A stretch of DNA of 61,961 bases, the filler included, from Deltaproteobacteria bacterium (GTDB taxonomy: Bacteria > JAEEML01): NCBI GenBank assembly GCA_016283195.1. It is 5 parts of 5 records of this genome, joined end to end, with 100 filler letters (N's around TTAATTAATTAA, not from the genome) between each part and the next. Parts side by side here need not be neighbours in the genome. Positions count along the whole stretch, not along the records: positions 33,472 to 61,961 come from JAEEML010000080.1; 4 more parts are not named here. The stretch is one strand, 5' to 3'. This document shows, piece after piece, positions 49,720 through 59,394 of the stretch; the stretch's first letter is position 1; the number at the start of each line of letters is the position of its first letter. The position numbers were made by a program, and so were the translations under genes. The notes under the pieces were generated by a model. It was not told where the DNA came from and searched no databases. It saw nothing but the letters and a program-made list of their open reading frames with translations.

Positions 49720-51021
49720 TTAAACCGGAGTCTTTTCACTTTCGGAAATGGTAACGGCATCGCTTAAAGTAAAGCGATTGGTAATGGCTTGTAATTCCAA
49801 AGCTAGGCGGTTTAATTCCATAGCTCTTGACGTGAGCTCTTTAATAGAGGCCACTTGTCTTTTGGTAGCCATAGTGACGGTGTTGGTGCGCTGATCATGA
49901 CTATAGGCCAGGTCGGAGATGTGGCTTATAGCTTCCACCATCTCTTTGGCGCCTTCCAATTGGCCTTTGGTAATTTTGGAAATATCGCTGACCATTTCCG
50001 CGCCGCGCCTGGCTGTAATCTGGATATTTTCGAGCGAAGTGAGAATACTGTTCATCTCTTCGCGGCCGGCTGCCAGTTCGGTGGTGGATTCTCTGATGGC
50101 TAAGGAGGCGCTATCGGCTTGTTCTTTAAATTGCGTGATTAGAGCCGAAATTTGGTCGGCACTTCGTGAGGTAGTTTCCGATAGTTTGCGGATTTCTTCG
50201 GCGACAACGGCAAAACCGCGGCCATATTCTCCGGCCCGGGCTGCTTCGATAGTGGCATTTAAGGCCAGCATATTGGTTTGACTGGTTATTTTTGTAATAA
50301 TAACAATGATTTTACCTATTTCATCCAATCTTTTGGTGAGCTCGTAAACCTCTTTGCTGGAGCTTTCCATTTTTTCAAAACCGAGGCGGAATTTATCAAT
50401 GGCCAGTTTGGCGGTTTGGCTACCGCTATTGGCGGCTTCCGATGTTTCCCCGGAGGCGATGGCGGCATCTTCGGCGCTTTTGGTTGTGTGCTCAATGCCG
50501 GCGGCAATTTGGATAATTAAATTACTGGCTTGCAAAACCAATTGGGTTTGCTCTTCGGCGCCTTCGGCTATTTTGGCGATGGAGAGAGCAATATCGGTAG
50601 AGGAACTGTCCACGGCATTAGTATTATTGGCCATGGTTTTGGCATTGACGATGAGCGCTTTTGAAGTGGTACTTAAGTGGCTCACCAGCTCGCGAATTTG
50701 GGCCAGCATTTGGGTGACACTGGAGGAGAGAGTATCTATTTCATCGGGAATAATTGACTTTTTTTCCCATTTCTCCGGCTCGCTTAAGTTGCCTTGAATC
50801 ACTCTGGTGGTGAGGCTTGAGAGGTGACGCAAGCTGGCAACAAAATGGGGAATAATGGTAAAATGACAAATAAGCCCCAAAATAACAATAATGACCGCTA
50901 AAATGGCATAGCCCAGAGCCGGCGGGCTTCCGGCCGGTAACAGCGCAGGCAGGAGAACAGCAAAAAGCCCGGTAAGAGCCATGGCTCCAAACAGCAAAAA
51001 TGTGAGTTTTATGCGTAACAT
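49720..51021 (-). CDS. Methyl-accepting chemotaxis protein without periplasmic sensor domain (DifA-like)
   Basis: Two adjacent N-terminal TMs, HAMP (DEIDTL), [33 protein letters not shown]. Confidence 0.93.
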   Translation of the reverse strand: MLRIKLTFLLFGAMALTGLFAVLLPALLPAGSPPALGYAILAVIIVILGLICHFTIIPHFVASLRHLSSLTTRVIQGNLSEPEKWEKKSIIPDEIDTLSSSVTQMLAQIRELVSHLSTTSKALIVNAKTMANNTNAVDSSSTDIALSIAKIAEGAEEQTQLVLQASNLIIQIAAGIEHTTKSAEDAAIASGETSEAANSGSQTAKLAIDKFRLGFEKMESSSKEVYELTKRLDEIGKIIVIITKITSQTNMLALNATIEAARAGEYGRGFAVVAEEIRKLSETTSRSADQISALITQFKEQADSASLAIRESTTELAAGREEMNSILTSLENIQITARRGAEMVSDISKITKGQLEGAKEMVEAISHISDLAYSHDQRTNTVTMATKRQVASIKELTSRAMELNRLALELQAITNRFTLSDAVTISESEKTPV

Positions 51022-51119
51022 CTCTCTCCGCTCAGTGGCTATTTAAGCGCCGGGGGCCATTTTACTCCAGGGAAAAAAGATGGTCAAATAAAGGTAAAGA
51101 AGTATGGCAGCAAAATTTT

Positions 51120-51479
51120 TTAGCGGATATCCGAGCCGAAAGGCAGCAGGGAGAGCATGGCCAGTTTAAAGCACTGGAGGCCAAAAGGAATGCCGATGAT
51201 GGTGGCGCAGCAGACGAGGCCGGCTGTGGCATAAGATATGGCGAGTTCCAGGCCGCCGACGATTATCCAAATAATATTAACGATAAAAGAAAAAGAATTT
51301 TCTGACGGCACCACCTCGCGGCCAAAGGGCAGAAGGCTTAAAGAGGCCATTTTAAAACACTGTTTGCCAACGGGGATGCCGATGATGGTGATGCACCACA
51401 AAAGGCCGAAAAGAGCCCAAAAAAGCCATGACCACCAGCCGATAAAAATAAGCCAAAGTATATTGCCAAGTGAACTCAT
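51120..51479 (-). CDS. YccF-domain inner-membrane protein
   Basis: Duplicated NI(L/I)W..G / TIIGIP.G.QCFK(M/L)A.LSLLPFG. Confidence 0.9.
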   Translation of the reverse strand: MSSLGNILWLIFIGWWSWLFWALFGLLWCITIIGIPVGKQCFKMASLSLLPFGREVVPSENSFSFIVNIIWIIVGGLELAISYATAGLVCCATIIGIPFGLQCFKLAMLSLLPFGSDIR

Positions 51480-51530
51480 AATACCTCCATTTAAAGTTGT
51501 TAAGAGCCGGAACTTACCGCCAAAGAAAAA

Positions 51531-52166
51531 TCAGAAGAGACTTTGCGGAACGTAAATTATATCCCCCGGGCGGACGGCAAAATTCTTGCTGTTGCCTTTT
51601 AAAATATCTTCAATGCGCACCTCAAGACGCACTTCCTGGCCGTCGATAGCGCGGGTGACATTGATATTTTTGCGCGAGGCTTCTTTGGTAAAGCCGCCGG
51701 CTAAAGTGAGCGCCTGGATGACATTCATGCCATCGACATAAGTAAAGGTGCCGGGTTTTGATACTTCGCCAAAAACTGAAACTTTTTGCGAATTATATTC
51801 TTTAACAAAAACAGATACTTGGGGATTTATTAAATAATCGCCTGAAAGGGCGTTTTTAATGCTGCCGGCCACCTCGGCGGCGGTCATGCCGCGCACATCC
51901 AAATGCCCCACTAAAGGAAACTGGATAGTGCCGTCGGGGCCAACGCGGTAAGTGGAGCTTAAATCTGGCTGATTATAAACGCGCACTTCAAAGACATCAT
52001 TGGGGCCGATTGTTTGGATGGTGGCTACGGCAGTCGGTGCTTCTGGGGCGGAAATCGGGGCAGTGGTGACGGTGACGCCGCTCTTTGGCGACTTTGGGCC
52101 GCCGCCGCAGGCGCCAAGTGCCACCAGCACGAAATATAGGTAAAAATGTTTAGCCCCAGCTTGCAT
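51531..52166 (-). CDS. Polysaccharide export OPX lipoprotein (Poly_export + SLBB, short form)
   Basis: Lipobox LGAC; IGPNDVFEV, DGTIQFPLVG, NPQVSV, VFGEVSKPG, AGGF, PGDIIYVP; ATG at 52166. Confidence 0.9.
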   Translation of the reverse strand: MQAGAKHFYLYFVLVALGACGGGPKSPKSGVTVTTAPISAPEAPTAVATIQTIGPNDVFEVRVYNQPDLSSTYRVGPDGTIQFPLVGHLDVRGMTAAEVAGSIKNALSGDYLINPQVSVFVKEYNSQKVSVFGEVSKPGTFTYVDGMNVIQALTLAGGFTKEASRKNINVTRAIDGQEVRLEVRIEDILKGNSKNFAVRPGDIIYVPQSLF

Positions 52167-52262
52167 AAAAGCCTCCGAAAAAAGTATTATAGCAGATTGC
52201 TGTTTTTTGGACAATCTTATATCTTTTTTTCGTCCCGCAAGGGCGGTGATGAGGGAGGCAAA

Positions 52263-53111
52263 ATGCGTATTTTGGTAATCGGTTCGGCCGGGCAACTGGC
52301 TAAAGAAATTATAGCTCTCGGGCCGGCGTTTGGCCACGAGATAATAGCTCCCGGTGAAAAAGAGCTGGATTTGACGGCGCGGGACAGCCTGGCTGCCATA
52401 TTGGAGCAAAAAGCGCCAGAGGCAGTTATTAACTGCGCCGCCTACAATCAGGTGGATAAAGCCGAAGAAAACCCGGAGCTGGCTATGGAAATAAACGGCT
52501 ATGCCGTGGGGCGGCTGGCCGCTCTTTGCCGCGCTATGGGCATATTTCTGGTGCATTACGGCAGCGACTACGTTTTTGATGGCCAAAAAGAAGATTTTTA
52601 TCAGGAAGATGATGCGCTAAATCCCATAAATGTCTATGGTAAAAGTAAAGCGCTCGGCGAGGAGCTTTTGGCTAAAGAGCTGGGGCCGGAGCGCAGCCTC
52701 CTCTTTAGACTCAGCTGGGTTTTTGGCCGCGGGCCGCAAAATTTTCTCTATAAATTATCCGGCTGGGCGCAAAAACAGGCCAAACTCAAAGTGGTGTATG
52801 ATCAAATTTCGGTGCCCACTTATACTGTTCATGTGGCCTCTTGGACTTATAAAGCCCTGGCGGCCGGCCTTACCGGCCTTTACCACATGGTGCCTTCTGG
52901 CTATGCTTCGCGCTATGAAGTAGCCCGCTATTATTTTAGCTGCCTCGGCCTTAGCCCCTTGGTTTTGCCCGTCCCATCTGATTATTTTCCTACAGCGGCC
53001 AGGCGTCCGCTCTTTACCGCTATGAGTAATGAAAAATTGGTGCAAAAACTGGGGGCGCTGCCTGAATGGCAAATAGGGGTAAGGGAGTATAGTGAGCATA
53101 TCTCCGGTTAA
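52263..53111 (+). CDS. rfbD: dTDP-4-dehydrorhamnose reductase
   Basis: GSAGQLA, NCAAYNQVDKAE, SDYVFDG, YGKSK, DQISVPT; GGAGG RBS. Confidence 0.93.
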   Translation: MRILVIGSAGQLAKEIIALGPAFGHEIIAPGEKELDLTARDSLAAILEQKAPEAVINCAAYNQVDKAEENPELAMEINGYAVGRLAALCRAMGIFLVHYGSDYVFDGQKEDFYQEDDALNPINVYGKSKALGEELLAKELGPERSLLFRLSWVFGRGPQNFLYKLSGWAQKQAKLKVVYDQISVPTYTVHVASWTYKALAAGLTGLYHMVPSGYASRYEVARYYFSCLGLSPLVLPVPSDYFPTAARRPLFTAMSNEKLVQKLGALPEWQIGVREYSEHISG

Positions 53112-53123
53112 AGGCTGCTTGCG

Positions 53124-54362
53124 CTAGTCATTCTTTACGCAACGTGCCGCTAGCCCATAGTCTTTGTTGCCATAGGTGATACTTGCCTGCGTGGTAGATT
53201 CGGAATCTAATTGCAGATAATAGGCGTAGAAGAAATCGTATTCGGTCGCTGGTGTAACCGACCAAAATTGCACTTCCTCACCAACATATTGATATCCATC
53301 GCCAAAACGGCCATAACTGCCGGCGGGGAGAGCGTTGAAGTTAAAATCATCGCCCCCTTCTTCGCTATAATTGGTCCAGGCCTTGCTTTTGGCGATAAGA
53401 GCTAAAAATGCATTCTCACTGCTGCGCTTTTCATCGACATAATTGAGCAAATCATCAAGTTCCTTTTTTGTTGGCATATGCCAGCCTCTGGGGCAGAAAG
53501 TCACATTGGTTACTGTTGACCAGTTATAGAGGAGGCCGTAAGCATCATCTTTAGTCCGGTAAAATGTGCCGACTTCCCGGGCATAATTTTCGGCCATCCA
53601 TTCATGACAATTAATCATGGTTGTTTTGTACTCGTGATTGTTGTCGCGCTCATCTTTTAATGAACTGATGGTGCCATCAGGAATTTTGCACTCATCACAA
53701 TTCTCGCCGGTCATGAGCTGGTTTTCACACTCATTGCAATCATTGCCTGCCCAGCCGGCGGCGCAGGTATCGCAGTAAGTGCCATCCCAATGAGGATTGC
53801 AGGAACAATTACCAGTGCCATCTTTGCCATCATTGCAAGTGCCGTTTTGGCATTTGCAAGGATTCTCACATTTTGGGCCCCAAAATCCGGCTGGGCAATC
53901 ATCTCCTGATAGTGGTACGCAGAAAAGAGAACCGTTACCGGTTTTGCTGCAAGTGGTATTTTCTTGGCATATCCAAGCTACCAACTGACCATTTTTGCAC
54001 TGCATACCATGGCGATCGTTAGTATTGCAGTATTGATCGGCTATAGTGCAGGGGGTATCCTGGTCGGTATTGGTATCCTGGTCAGTATTGGTATCCTTAT
54101 CGGTGTTGGTATCCTTATCAGTATTGGTATCCTTATCGGTGTTGGTATCCTTATCAGTATTGGTATCCTTATCAGTATTGGTATCCTTATCAGTATTGGT
54201 ATCCTTATCAGTATTGGTATCCTTATCGGTGTTATTGTTCGCAGCCGGTTTATTTTGCCCGTTTTTATTACCGGGCTCTTGGGTGGGATTATCCTGGCCG
54301 CAAGCGGCAAGCACCAAAAAGAGTGCGGCAGAAAGTGTTAAGAATTGTTTTGTTTTTAGCAT
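53124..54362 (-). CDS. Lipoprotein: NTDKDT repeat + EGF-like repeats + Fibrobacter succinogenes major paralogous (Fib_succ_major)-like domain
   Basis: Lipobox LAAC; CPAGFWGPKC/CNPHWDGTYC; WMAENY, YGLLYNW, CPRGWHMPT, FNALPAG, FWS, RCVK. Confidence 0.85.
   Translation of the reverse strand: MLKTKQFLTLSAALFLVLAACGQDNPTQEPGNKNGQNKPAANNNTDKDTNTDKDTNTDKDTNTDKDTNTDKDTNTDKDTNTDKDTNTDKDTNTDQDTNTDQDTPCTIADQYCNTNDRHGMQCKNGQLVAWICQENTTCSKTGNGSLFCVPLSGDDCPAGFWGPKCENPCKCQNGTCNDGKDGTGNCSCNPHWDGTYCDTCAAGWAGNDCNECENQLMTGENCDECKIPDGTISSLKDERDNNHEYKTTMINCHEWMAENYAREVGTFYRTKDDAYGLLYNWSTVTNVTFCPRGWHMPTKKELDDLLNYVDEKRSSENAFLALIAKSKAWTNYSEEGGDDFNFNALPAGSYGRFGDGYQYVGEEVQFWSVTPATEYDFFYAYYLQLDSESTTQASITYGNKDYGLAARCVKND
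54054..54233 (-). repeat. 18-bp tandem repeat, 10 units (NTD[KQ]DT)
   Basis: GGTATCCTTATCAGTATT and variants on the + strand. Confidence 0.95.
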
Positions 54363-54539
54363 ATTGTCTCCTTTTCTCGTGAGCCATATTAGTTGTTTCT
54401 CACGCGGCCAAGGGGTATAGAGTAAAAGCATAGTTCTAGTCAAGCTGCGCAGTAATATGCTGAATTTAAAGGCTTTTATAAGTATGACTGAAATTTCTTG
54501 TAAGGCTGTTTGTGTGTTCAGAGGCTATTTTTACACCTC

Positions 54540-54568
54540 TTGAAAAAAAGCTTTCGATCTAATATCAT
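54540..54568 (+). promoter_or_regulatory. sigma70-type promoter for the response regulator gene
   Basis: TTGAAA-17 nt-TATCAT. Confidence 0.5.
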
Positions 54569-54592
54569 TCTGCCCGAAAGGAAGCTCTTGAT

Positions 54593-56026
54593 ATGGAGTT
54601 ACGCATACTCGTTATCGAAGATGATGAAAACAGCCGGGCCATTGTAGAGAATTATCTGGAAGACGAGCAGTACCAGCTTATTATGATGTCCGACGGCGAA
54701 AGTGCCGAGGAATATTTAAAAACCGAGCACGTTGACGCCATTATTACCGATGTCGGTTTGCCGGGAATGCAGGGCGATGCCATAGTAAAAAAAATCCATG
54801 AGGCTTATCCTTTTGTGCCTATTATGGTTATTACTGGCAACGGTTCACTTGATGGCGCTGTGCGTTTTATTAACTTAGGCGCTTCGGATTATTTAACAAA
54901 ACCATTTACAAAACAAGTGCTTAAGCATCGTATGCGCATGCTGGCCAAGCAGGTGGAGCTTTCGATTGAGCTCAATCAGTTGCAAAACAGAGTGCAGCGC
55001 GATGAACTTAGTTCCATTATCGGCCAGCATCCCTCCATGCGCCGGCTCATGGCCATGGTTCCTTCGGTGGCCCAGACCGATGCCTCGGTGCTCATTTTGG
55101 GCGAAAGTGGCACCGGTAAGGAGATGATGGCCCGGGCCATTCACAGTATTTCCAAAAGAAGCGGCCGTAAATTCGTGGCTTTAAACTGCGGCGCTCTGCC
55201 GGAACAGCTGATGGAGAGTGAGCTTTTCGGCTATAAAAAAGGGGCCTTTACCGATGCCAAGCAAGATCGCCCCGGTCTTTTGGAAGAAGCGGATATGGGC
55301 ACGCTCTTTTTAGACGAAGTGGGCGAAATGAATATGTCTATTCAGGTGAAATTCTTGCGCTTTTTGCAGGAAAAAGAGTATCGCCCGCTTGGCTCTAACG
55401 TGAATAAAAAGGCCAATGTGCGCATAATTAGCGCCACTAATAAAAATTTACAAAACATGGTAAGGGAGGGCACTTTCAGAGAGGATCTCTATTACCGCTT
55501 AAATGTGGTGCCGGTGCAACTGCCGCCGCTTAGAGAACGGCGCAGCGATGTGCCCATTCTGGTGGCCCACTATATGCAAAAATTTTCTCTGGAATATGAA
55601 AAGCCCATTGAGCACGTTTCCGAGGAGCTGCTTAGTGCCCTTATTGATTATAACTGGCCGGGCAATATTCGTGAACTCATAAACACGGTGCAGCGCCTGG
55701 TGATTATGAGTAACGGCACCGTTTTAAACCTTGATGCTCTCGATAACATCAGCTTTATGGGCGGTATAGCACGCTCCGATGAGCAGCCGGAAAAAGATTC
55801 TAAGCAATTTCTTGAAAGTGCGGATGAAAAAGTTAATTTAGACGGCGATATAGGCTCCTTTAAAGAAGAAAAAGAGCGGGTGGTGACTAAATTTGAGCGC
55901 CGCTATATTGATAAAGTTCTCAAAATTTCCGGCGGGAATATATCGCAAGCCGCGCGGAAAGCTAAGATGGATCGTAAGAACTTCTGGCAGCTGATGAAAA
56001 AATATGGTATCGAGGCAAGGGCTTAA
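54593..56026 (+). CDS. NtrC-family sigma54-dependent response regulator
   Basis: REC domain (EDD, TDVGLP, KP), GESGTGKE, GAFTDA, WPGNIREL, Fis HTH. Confidence 0.95.
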   Translation: MELRILVIEDDENSRAIVENYLEDEQYQLIMMSDGESAEEYLKTEHVDAIITDVGLPGMQGDAIVKKIHEAYPFVPIMVITGNGSLDGAVRFINLGASDYLTKPFTKQVLKHRMRMLAKQVELSIELNQLQNRVQRDELSSIIGQHPSMRRLMAMVPSVAQTDASVLILGESGTGKEMMARAIHSISKRSGRKFVALNCGALPEQLMESELFGYKKGAFTDAKQDRPGLLEEADMGTLFLDEVGEMNMSIQVKFLRFLQEKEYRPLGSNVNKKANVRIISATNKNLQNMVREGTFREDLYYRLNVVPVQLPPLRERRSDVPILVAHYMQKFSLEYEKPIEHVSEELLSALIDYNWPGNIRELINTVQRLVIMSNGTVLNLDALDNISFMGGIARSDEQPEKDSKQFLESADEKVNLDGDIGSFKEEKERVVTKFERRYIDKVLKISGGNISQAARKAKMDRKNFWQLMKKYGIEARA

Positions 56027-56090
56027 AGAAACCGGCCTGTTTACTGCCGGCTGATAGAGGCCTTTATTTAATAAATACGGTGAGTTATAG

Positions 56091-56753
56091 ATGTTTACCG
56101 GCCTGGTTGAACATGTTGGCGAGGTGTTAAGCGTAAGCGGCAACGATCCGCTAAAGCTATCTATTGCCATTCCGCCGGCCTGGGGCCTTTTGCCCATAGG
56201 CTGCTCGGTGGCGGTGGACGGCGTCTGCCTGACGGTCATAGAGCGGCGCCTTGGCGCTTTTACCGCCGATGTGGGCGCGGAAACCTGGCAGCGCACAGCG
56301 CTCAGCGGCTTGAAAAGTGCCTCTTTGGTGCACCTGGAACGGCCGCTGCGCTTGGGGGCTCCGCTAGATGGTCACCTGGTTTTGGGCCATGTTGATGGCC
56401 TGGCCTCTTTTTTAAAAAGCGAGCCGCAGGGGGCCACAACTTATCTTTTTTTTGCTGCTCCGCCGGACCTCATCTCCATGATCGCTCCGCAAGGTTCGGT
56501 GGCTCTGGCCGGCGTTTCGCTTACTGTGGTGAATGTGGATAATAATAAATCCACTTTTTCTGTAGCTATAGTGCCGCACACCTTGCAAAATACCAAATTA
56601 GGAGCTCTTAAGGCCGGCGCGCCGGTGAATATTGAAGTTGACCCGCTGGCCCGCTATGTAAAGCAGGCGCTGTCTATATTGTCCTTGCAGAAAGAAAAGC
56701 AGCAATCTCCGGGAATTACAATGGAACTTTTGCAAAAAGGAGGCTACTTGTGA
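56091..56753 (+). CDS. ribE: Riboflavin synthase alpha chain
   Basis: MFTGLV N-terminus, SVAVDGVCLTV, GHLVLGHVDG, GVSLTV, VNIEVD. Confidence 0.95.
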   Translation: MFTGLVEHVGEVLSVSGNDPLKLSIAIPPAWGLLPIGCSVAVDGVCLTVIERRLGAFTADVGAETWQRTALSGLKSASLVHLERPLRLGAPLDGHLVLGHVDGLASFLKSEPQGATTYLFFAAPPDLISMIAPQGSVALAGVSLTVVNVDNNKSTFSVAIVPHTLQNTKLGALKAGAPVNIEVDPLARYVKQALSILSLQKEKQQSPGITMELLQKGGYL

Positions 56754-57922
56754 GCCTTATTAAAGTGCCCGAGGCTTTAGAAGTATTAAAGCGCGGCGAG
56801 ATGGTGATTTTAGTTGATGACGAGGATCGCGAAAACGAGGGCGATCTCTGTATGGCGGCCGAGTTAGTGCGCCCGCAGGATATCAACTTTATGGCCACTT
56901 TCGGCCGGGGTCTCATTTGCCTCTCTCTTGAGGCCGAGCGGATAAAAGCGCTCGAATTGCCGCAGATGACCGAGCACAATAACAGCGGCTTCGGCACTGC
57001 TTTTACCGTCTCCATTGAGGCCAAAGAGGGAGTGACCACCGGTATCAGCGCGGCCGATAGAGCCCATACCATTCGCACCGCTGTGGCCGATGGGGTAAAA
57101 GCCGATGATTTGGCTAGGCCCGGCCATGTCTTTCCTTTAAGAGCGCAGCCGGGCGGGGTTTTGGTGCGCGCCGGTCAGACGGAAGGCTCAGTGGATTTAA
57201 TGCGCCTTGCCGGCCTGAAAGGTGCTGGCGTTATTTGCGAAATAATGAATGAAGACGGCACGATGGCGCGCCTTACGGATTTGGAAAAATTTAGCAAGGA
57301 ACATAATATTCCCATTATTTCCAATGCCGAAATTATCCGCCACCGCCTGGCTACAGAATCTTTGGTTAAGCTTGTTGCTGCGGAAAAACTCTTTACCAAA
57401 CTCTTGGGTGAAGTTAGGGTAAATATTTATGAATCCGTGCTGGATGGCAGCCAGCATCTGGCAGTAGTTAAAGGCGATTTAACAAAAAGCGCCGCGCCTT
57501 TGGTGCGCGTTTCCTCGCCCTGTCCCAATTGTGCTATTTTAGATGGCCTATTTTGTGATTGTCATGAGAGCCTCATAAAGGCGGCTGGTGAAATTTCGCG
57601 GGCCGGTTGTGGTATTTTGCTTAATTTACAGCAAAAAAACAGCGAAGAGCAAACTCTGGCCGATAAATTGGCCGCTCTTGTCGGCCGCAAAACGGCCGCA
57701 TATAAGAGTGAGCCTTATCCATATAAGGGCGGAACTGTTAGCAATACGCTGCGCAGTTATGGTATCGGAGCACAAATTTTGCGCCATTTGGGGCTGGGGC
57801 CCATTAAATTATTGGTAAATCGCAATACCCACTTGCCCTCTTTAGAGGGTTTTGGCATTTCTATAGCCGGCTTTGTCTCTCTCGCCGCCGGCGGAGAAGA
57901 GCCGCCTAAAAGCGCTATTTAA
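56750..57922 (+). CDS. ribB: 3,4-dihydroxy-2-butanone-4-phosphate synthase fused to a degenerate GTP cyclohydrolase II domain
   Basis: [39 protein letters not shown]-terminal RibA-like domain lacks HSEC and QEGRGIG. Confidence 0.88.
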   Translation: MSLIKVPEALEVLKRGEMVILVDDEDRENEGDLCMAAELVRPQDINFMATFGRGLICLSLEAERIKALELPQMTEHNNSGFGTAFTVSIEAKEGVTTGISAADRAHTIRTAVADGVKADDLARPGHVFPLRAQPGGVLVRAGQTEGSVDLMRLAGLKGAGVICEIMNEDGTMARLTDLEKFSKEHNIPIISNAEIIRHRLATESLVKLVAAEKLFTKLLGEVRVNIYESVLDGSQHLAVVKGDLTKSAAPLVRVSSPCPNCAILDGLFCDCHESLIKAAGEISRAGCGILLNLQQKNSEEQTLADKLAALVGRKTAAYKSEPYPYKGGTVSNTLRSYGIGAQILRHLGLGPIKLLVNRNTHLPSLEGFGISIAGFVSLAAGGEEPPKSAI

Positions 57923-57936
57923 AGAAGGAGCACTAT

Positions 57937-58401
57937 ATGGCTAAACTTATCGAAGCTAATTTAATTGGAAACGGCCTGAAAATGGCCATTATTGTGGCGC
58001 GGTTCAATAATTTTATTACCGACCGCCTTTTGGAAGGAGCTCTTGATGCTCTAAACCGCCACGGCGTTAATTCCGATGATGTGCAAATTGTAAAAGTTCC
58101 GGGTACTTTTGAAGTTCCGACTATTGCCAAAAAGCTGGCTGCTTCCGGCAAATTTGATGCCGTTATTTGCCTTGGGGCGGTGATTCGCGGCGGTACGCCG
58201 CACTTTGATTATGTTGCTGCCGAAGTTTCCAAAGGGGTAGCTGCTACTTCTCTTGAAACCGGGGTGCCGGTGCTTTTCGGAGTTTTAACCTGCGATACTT
58301 TGGAACAGGCTATTGAGCGGGCCGGCGTTAAGAATGGTAACAAGGGCTATGAAGCTGCGGTGGCAGCGGTGGAGATGGGAAACCTGTGCAAACTAATTTA
58401 A
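57937..58401 (+). CDS. ribH: 6,7-dimethyl-8-ribityllumazine synthase
   Basis: [36 protein letters not shown]. Confidence 0.97.
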   Translation: MAKLIEANLIGNGLKMAIIVARFNNFITDRLLEGALDALNRHGVNSDDVQIVKVPGTFEVPTIAKKLAASGKFDAVICLGAVIRGGTPHFDYVAAEVSKGVAATSLETGVPVLFGVLTCDTLEQAIERAGVKNGNKGYEAAVAAVEMGNLCKLI

Positions 58402-58829
58402 CCAAAAGAAGCAAAGGGCGCGAGTGTGCCTTGCAAATACTTTATGAAGCCGATGTTTCCGAACATTCCTTAAGCCGGGCAAGTCTTGAAGCCGCTTGCC
58501 GGACTTATTGGCAAAACTTTTCACTGGACGGCACCTCGCATACTTTTGCCGAGAGCCTGGTTTACGGAGTGGCGGAAAATTTAGCTAAAATTAACAGCTA
58601 CTTGTCAGGTGCTTCGCCGCGCTGGAAAATAGAGCGCATGGCTGCTGTAGATCGCAATGTGCTTTATCTTGGCGTTTATGAGCTTATAGAGGGCGAAACG
58701 CCGGCGCCGGTGGTGATAAACGAGGCGGTTGAGCTGGCTAAAAAATACGGAGCCGAGCAATCTGCCGCCTTTGTCAACGGCATTTTAGATGAAATAAGGC
58801 GCACCATTGAGCAAGAAAGCAAAAAATAG
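58386..58829 (+). CDS. nusB: Transcription antitermination factor NusB
   Basis: [42 protein letters not shown]. Confidence 0.93.
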   Translation: MQTNLTKRSKGRECALQILYEADVSEHSLSRASLEAACRTYWQNFSLDGTSHTFAESLVYGVAENLAKINSYLSGASPRWKIERMAAVDRNVLYLGVYELIEGETPAPVVINEAVELAKKYGAEQSAAFVNGILDEIRRTIEQESKK

Positions 58830-59394
58830 TGATTCTAAGCCCGCTGCCGCTACTTTGCCGGTCGCTAGCGAAAAGCCAGGAGCTGCCGCCGCGCCGGTAG
58901 AGGCCCAAAAGCCTGATAATGCGGAAGTGCCGGCCGAAGAGCCGGGGCGCGGTCATTGTCAGGAGCTGCTCAAAGTTACAGAATTGCCGGAGTTTAGCGG
59001 TGATGTGGCTGCCTTTATTTTTGAAAACGAGCGGCCGCTAAAAGGGCTTTTGGGCCTTTTAGATTGGCGCCTTTGCGGCCAAATTTCCCAGCTGATTTTA
59101 GCCCACCATATAAGCGGCAAAGAGGGAGAAAAGCTCCTCTCAAGTATGCATGAATATGGTGAAAGTCCTTGGCGCCTTTTTGTCTTTGGTCTCGGTAAAA
59201 GCCGCGATTTTAATCAGGAAAAGGCGGCTGAACTGGCAGAGCTTGCCGAAGAGACGCTCAAAAAAGCCGGTGCCAAAGAGTGCAAAATTATTTTGCCGAA
59301 AGCGCTTTTAAATGAAGCAGCAGCATCTCTTTTGCAAGAAGCTTGGCCTAAGGCCGGCGGGCGCACTTTTTTGCCGGATGAAGCTGGCGCCTAG
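58807..59394 (+). CDS. Stand-alone peptidase M17 N-terminal-domain-like protein (start uncertain)
   Basis: ERPLKGLLGLLDWRLCG, G..GE.LL, FGLG motifs; no catalytic domain. Confidence 0.65.
   Translation: MSKKAKNSDSKPAAATLPVASEKPGAAAAPVEAQKPDNAEVPAEEPGRGHCQELLKVTELPEFSGDVAAFIFENERPLKGLLGLLDWRLCGQISQLILAHHISGKEGEKLLSSMHEYGESPWRLFVFGLGKSRDFNQEKAAELAELAEETLKKAGAKECKIILPKALLNEAAASLLQEAWPKAGGRTFLPDEAGA

Noticed and set aside
52167-52586. N-terminal extension of the OPX ORF overlapping rmlD
   Set aside because: Antisense read-through; the lipoprotein signal begins at 52166 and rmlD at 52263.
55240-55260. GAFTDA instead of GAFTGA in the NtrC-like regulator
   Set aside because: A commonly seen variant among enhancer-binding proteins; not distinctive.
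57165-57200. RAGQTEG instead of RxGHTE in RibB
   Set aside because: The Gln variant is, to my recollection, common in deltaproteobacterial RibB.
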